Source: Klebsormidium nitens
Taxonomy: Eukaryota > Plantae > Klebsormidiophyceae
Reading direction: 5' to 3'
NCBI GenBank assembly: GCA_000708835.1
Contig: DF236964.1
Span: 248,001 to 312,000 of the forward strand
Length of the DNA: 64,000 nt
Shown: positions 59,301 to 64,000 of the stretch, in pieces
Layout: every line of letters starts with the position of its first letter
Numbering within the stretch: position 1 is the first letter of the stretch
Program-made: the position numbers and the translations under genes
The notes under the pieces: generated by a model
What the model was told of the DNA's origin: nothing
What the model saw: the letters and a program-made list of their open reading frames with translations, nothing else
Databases searched by the model: none

Positions 59301-60692
59301 CAGGTGCAGAGCAGGGCTGTGCAAGTGCTTCAGGCATTTCCATCTTTGCCATCCCGTCGGCGATCTATGCCGCATTCGTTCAGCTTGGATACTCTGGCTA
59401 ATAAGGCTTTCACCATCGATCAATTGCGACGTGTCACAAACTCGGAACATCAGTCTGATGCTCCCGGCGTTCCGAATCTCCTTCTAAAGCGGTCTCTGCA
59501 TCTGCTTGGGATGGATTGGTTACTCTCTGAAACCAGCTGTAAGATTTTCCCCTCTGCCGCAGGTCCCGACGTATCCGGACGCTGGGCGGTGTTGGGAGAT
59601 CGTTGACAAGTATCAAGTGACGCTCTTCTACACCGCGCCGACTGCCATCCGCGCATTGCAGAAGTCGGGAAACAGCGTGAGCAACTGCAGAGCGTCCCTC
59701 CTTTCGAGCCCTTTGAATCTCAAGGATGTGATGTAGGGAACACGACGTCCTCACGCTTGGAAACATGGGCTGTGTGCTGCTCAAGACAAGAGTTTGCATT
59801 TAAGCTCACGGTTGACCAGAAATTTCCCTGTTAATCTTATGGATGGATGCGAGCCCCTGATGAGCTAGCTCTTCGTCGTTGTTTGTCACATACTCAAAAA
59901 GGAAAAGCCCTCCATCCGACAATCACTCTTTAAGATTCCCAAGAAATTAAGGACATTGGGCCTAACCTTGAAGCGCGCTTTGCAGAGCTTGCACGGGTGT
60001 TAGTGCTTCGATTGTCACCTATATCACCGGCCACGTCCTCGCCGCAACTTTCAAGAGTGGAATGTTTTGTTAACGTCCTCGTTGCATTTTTCAAGAGTAG
60101 AATGGTATGATACACGGATCTGGCACAAGGACTGCTTTGTGTTTATGGACTAAACGCAGTGCTTATATGGTCTCTTTTGCCCCGCAGTTCGTGACGAAGT
60201 ATTCTAGGAAGTCCTTGCGTGTGCTTGGCTCAGTGGGGGAGCCCATCAACCCAAACGCTTGGCGGTAAGGGGGCCACCTTTTTCTTGCCAGCTTTCAGAT
60301 CTGTCGACAACGCCGATCTGCACGGAAATGGTTCATCAAAAGTGGACAAGAAGGCACTATCTGAGGTCCTTCTCCAGAATCCAAGGGCAAGACAGATCTC
60401 ATTGATTGTCCTTTCGTGCTGTTCGAATCAATCTTGCTAGTCGAATCGTTCAACCAGCGAGTCTGCGGAGCGCCTCTGCTTGTAACGTTTCTGACAGAGA
60501 GTATCCAGAAGCTGCTCGGATAGCGCTTGTTGATTTTGAGTCGAGCAGTGAGGACGTAAGTCAAAGAGCCGATTGTAACAACATCATGAGCTTGTGTCGC
60601 TGTTTCGCTCCAGGTGGTATTACGAGGTTGTGGGCGATAGTCGGTGCCCGATCGTGGATACGTGGTGGCAGACGGAGACAGGGAGCATCCTG
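50344..60692 (+). CDS. ACS: Plastid acetyl-CoA synthetase (acetate-CoA ligase), 5' part; the gene continues beyond the window
   Basis: Exons 50344-50682, 53307-53456, 54217-54372, 54958-55080, 55744-55912, 56462-56544, 56874-56975, 58822-59001, 59563-59676, 60188-60264 and 60614-60692. Transit-peptide-like start; [16 protein letters not shown]; [17 protein letters not shown]; [10 protein letters not shown]|GVLHTTGGY; [11 protein letters not shown]; FYTAPTAIR; [10 protein letters not shown]; [10 protein letters not shown] could not find the next expected exon (ITPLPG...) before position 64000. Confidence 0.95.
54495..54540 (+). repeat. Copy of the 3' end of ACS exon 3
   Basis: ctgaccttccagcagctgcaggacgaagtgtaccaa|gt at 54532 versus ctgaccttccagcagcttcaggacgaagtctgccag|gt at 54372 (160 bp apart). 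Confidence 0.85.
57480..58720 (+). repeat. Array of about 9 degenerate copies of the acceptor and start of ACS exon 8
   Basis: ggacac...tgtccg(c/t)ag|ggcgtcctgcacacgacc.g.gggtacatg-like units start near 57505, 57667, 57801, 57954, 58081, 58211, 58371, 58526 and 58674, versus the true start at 58822. Confidence 0.9.
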
Positions 60693-61374
60693 GTGAGTCC
60701 CTGTTCTGAGTTTCTTTGTTTCTCACAGCTCTAAGAATAACCCTCTTTTGCACTTTGAGCGGAATAATATTTTAGTATCAACAGAATTTGATTGTTGAAG
60801 AATCGAAATGCTCTGCACATGGAAGGTATGCTAAACTGCTGTGCTTCGAGGACTATTTTTGCGACCACCAGAAAGCGCTGAGATTGCACGTCTCTGTTTG
60901 TCTTCAACGTGCTTGGAGCCCTCCTGTGGAGGACGGCTGTTGTCAGACTGCACGTCATCATTTCAAGGATTTTTATTGAAGACCCCCGTGTAGGCCCGAG
61001 TGGCCCAACGTTCTCCTAAAGCTTAGCCTGATTGCCGTCTTTCCAATCAGGCCTTTGGCCCAGCTTGTTCCCCGATTTGAGACGTGGTCCTCGAATCCTC
61101 TGCCCGGTTAATCTTCTACATATGGTCAGACTTAAAACCTCAATTTCACATTTTGTGCCTTTCTCTGTGCCCCACAAGACCCGTATGTCGCATCCATTGT
61201 CTCTGCCTTCAGGTGAGTGAGAGGCAGGCTGGTGGTGCCGGTTTCCGATGAGCTCCCTGACATTTCCTTGCTCACCTACTCTTATTAGCTATGGTGTTGA
61301 ACGCCATCAAGAGTGAGATTTCGTTGGATAGAAAGAGGGTACACAGTGTGCGACGTTCCTCTTGCCATGCCAGT

Positions 61375-61480
61375 GGTTTGCTTCGCTTTTTGCGAGTTGT
61401 CAGCTGATTCCCACTTGCCATTGGCATCGCTTTTTGCGAGTGGTCAGCTGATTCCCAGTTGACATCGGCATCCTCTGTAT
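61375..61480. repeat. Short (~45-bp) tandem duplication in ACS intron 11
   Basis: tcgctttttgcgagt(t/g)gtcagctgattccca occurs twice. Confidence 0.75.
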
Positions 61481-64000
61481 GGCCAAACGAGGCCGGTCAT
61501 CGGTTTTGAAGCTCTTACTCCGGAATGTCGGCGATTGTGGTACTCTCAGTCGTGCGGCTGATGCGATTTGTATGCTGGTGTTTTCGGCCTGCGAATGGCT
61601 GGTGGTATTTTTTAAAGCGACGCTTTCGAAAACTTACCCAAGATCGACTCAACTTACAGTCTTGTGGGGCTCGTAGAACAACCCGGTACTGTTGCTGTAT
61701 GCTAAAATGGTCGGGACTGCCCAAGTCCACGGCCAAATTTTCGCACTTGGATTGACTGATTTGACCACGTGGCTTGAAAGCCTCTTTTGATGGAATCGTG
61801 TAGGTCAGAAACATAGGCCGTACAGGACCTCTCCTGTGGCAAGCAGACTCGCGGAATCATCACGAAGGCGAGGATTGGAAAAGTATCCCGAGCGAATTGC
61901 TCACGAGTCGGACAAGTAGGGCCTTGAGCCGATGTGCAGTTAACGGGTGGTACAAATCTGACTTCCTTACTGTTCGTCGTGACGGCGAGTACCAGGGTCA
62001 TCTTCTGGGCAGTGTGTTCTGTGGTGCATTTTGCAACGCTCGCACAGTCTGAGTCACGCTGGTCAGGACGAGCAGGCGTGTGAGGCGTCATCTCAAAACC
62101 ACTCCTATCAACTATCGAGCCGTACTTGTTGTTCTGTTTGTTACTTTTGCGCAGCCGGGCAAAACCCTGCCTTTTTGGGACACAATAGCATACATAGCGC
62201 TGTTGCTCTTTGCTCTGCTTTTACTGGCAAAAGCTTCGTAAAAGATCAAGCTACCTGTTTCCTTCATTTCTGCTCATGAAACAGCTCTCCTGCCATCAAC
62301 TTAGCATCCTGGTCTTGGCTGCGTGTCTGCCAGAAGAATGCTCCGCTGAGACAGAATCTTACGATTGATATGAGCGGCAATGACATGGAAAGCATGGGGA
62401 GAAACCCCAAGCGCGGCGTCAGTAGAGCCGGTGTCTCCTTGATTAGAGACCTTGGAGAATAGAACGTTTTGAAGCTTTCATTACGCTGTGCTTTGCTTGC
62501 ACTTCGAAAATCCCTGGGCTAAGCTCTTCGTCCTTTGCCGTGATTATTGGACGCACGAATATTGCCGGGGCCTTGTGGTGGTGGCATTGACACTTAGGCA
62601 AACTGGTCGGAGCAGACTTAGATGCTCATTGCATGTCGGCTACAGCTGCGGAGCCACAAAGGAACCTGGCTTTCTTAAATTGCTGAGCAACAAGAAAAAT
62701 GTCTGTATTTTCGCCATGACTATCCGGCACTCGCAGGGCTGCTTGACGTAAGATTGACGTGGGGTCCATGAAGCATCCCGACTAACCGTCAGCCTTCGGA
62801 TAAGAAACGCTTTCAAAAGTTGCGTGTGGCGTCGTGTGTATTGCACTCCTGGACTATAGGGCTGTTGCCATTTGGGTTGAAGGCTGAGCAGACTTAGTTT
62901 GCACAGTCACAATTCAACATGAGGGGATCAGAGACTCGTAATAATCAGCATCGGGGCTGAGGTAACAAGGGCAACGACTATAAGGAAACTTGGCAATAGA
63001 TCAGCCAGTGGCAATAGCTGCATACTTTGAGTCCCACGTTTGCAGCTCGAGTTGTCCTCCATGTCCTTTCGGCTTTTCTAAAATGGACATTGGCAGTCAT
63101 TATGACTTTGATCTGGTCTTCACTAACACCTACGTGAGGGTGTTGTCGGGTTCTTTGTTCGGTTCTATACCTTTCAGACGTGTCCATTTCATTGGTTTAC
63201 TCCAAGCAGGACTGTTCGGTTGATCTGGTGCCCTATGTTGCCGATGTTGTTGCTTCAAGAATTACTCCGGTCTGTCGTTTGCACACATGATTTTCCAAGA
63301 ACCCACTCGCACTAGTCAAGGTCAGGTCGCTGCACCGGCACTTCGAATGTGCCGCAAGCAAGTTCTTCGGGGGCATTCAAGTCGGCGAAGTTTGGCACAA
63401 GGGACTCAAAACACGGAGCCTGTACTACCATATGTCAAGAAGGGGTCAAAGCTCCACACGGTGGATCAGCATTGGTCTGGTTGCAGTGTCCACAAGGCGC
63501 GCAGTAAATGTGGTTTTGTCGTCGGCTGCACTCGTTCGAAGAGGTATGGTGCCCGCCGACGAATTGCTTCCTTGTTACGTCCTAGTCTTGAAGCCTGGTG
63601 ACAGGAGTGACGAGCTTCGAACTTCTGGCTTACCGAAAGAATAAGCGGATAAGCTGGGCTCTGATGCCACAGATTGTTGTCACCTTTCGGTGTCACGAAC
63701 TGTTACCATGTGTTGATGCCTCGACTGGATGAGAAAGGGATGCCCTTGATTTCAAGGATCGGTCATCCAAGGGGCTTTCTAGGCTCGATGCAAGTAGGAG
63801 ACGTCGGTTTTATTTTGGCTTGGGTTGGTTGACGGCCAGTTTAATCCAGCCATGCCCGCCCGATTAGGCTGTATGACTTCTGTACTGGTCATTGCAGCGG
63901 CACGGGACTTTGCTCTGTTTCGCTCGGTTGGCTGACAAACTCAGAACTCGAATTCCAACGCTTCGTTGGGTGGAGTTTACTCACTGTTGTTGTTGAGTGT

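Noticed and set aside
60700-64000. Short ORFs in the final ACS intron
   Set aside because: None encodes the next expected ACS segment or any recognisable domain.

Overview
Eukaryotic, intron-dense nuclear DNA with GC3-rich exons and GT-AG/GC-AG introns. The gene set (FtsHi2-like ATPase, group-A bZIP, plant-type polyphenol oxidase, plastid ACS) points to a streptophyte alga such as Klebsormidium; this is an inference. I assembled seven spliced protein-coding genes by hand from splice sites and reading phase: (1) plastid FtsHi2-like inactive FtsH (+, 468-12837, 15 exons); (2) polyphenol oxidase with a secretory signal peptide (-, 14475-23175, 10 exons including a 19-nt micro-exon); (3) an uncharacterised protein with a degenerate RimK/ATP-grasp-like core and a split CxxC/CxxC pair (+, ~25388-30972); (4) Wee1/Myt1-family kinase (-, 33020-40164); (5) ABI5/AREB/ABF bZIP (+, 42259-45462), head-to-head with the kinase; (6) NOPCHAP1/DUF4598-like protein (-, 47258-49547); (7) plastid acetyl-CoA synthetase (+, from 50344, running off the window end). 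I found no rRNA, tRNA, CRISPR array or intact transposon. The most striking unexplained structure is a repeated pattern in which exon edges (splice site plus tens of coding bases, or the stop-codon region) are tandemly duplicated into the neighbouring intron or UTR. This occurs at 12 or more loci in five of the seven genes, with up to about 9 decoy copies and unit lengths mostly near 130-170 bp. The second highlight is an intron-rich, apparently secreted PPO with an RKLL processing motif in its inter-domain linker.
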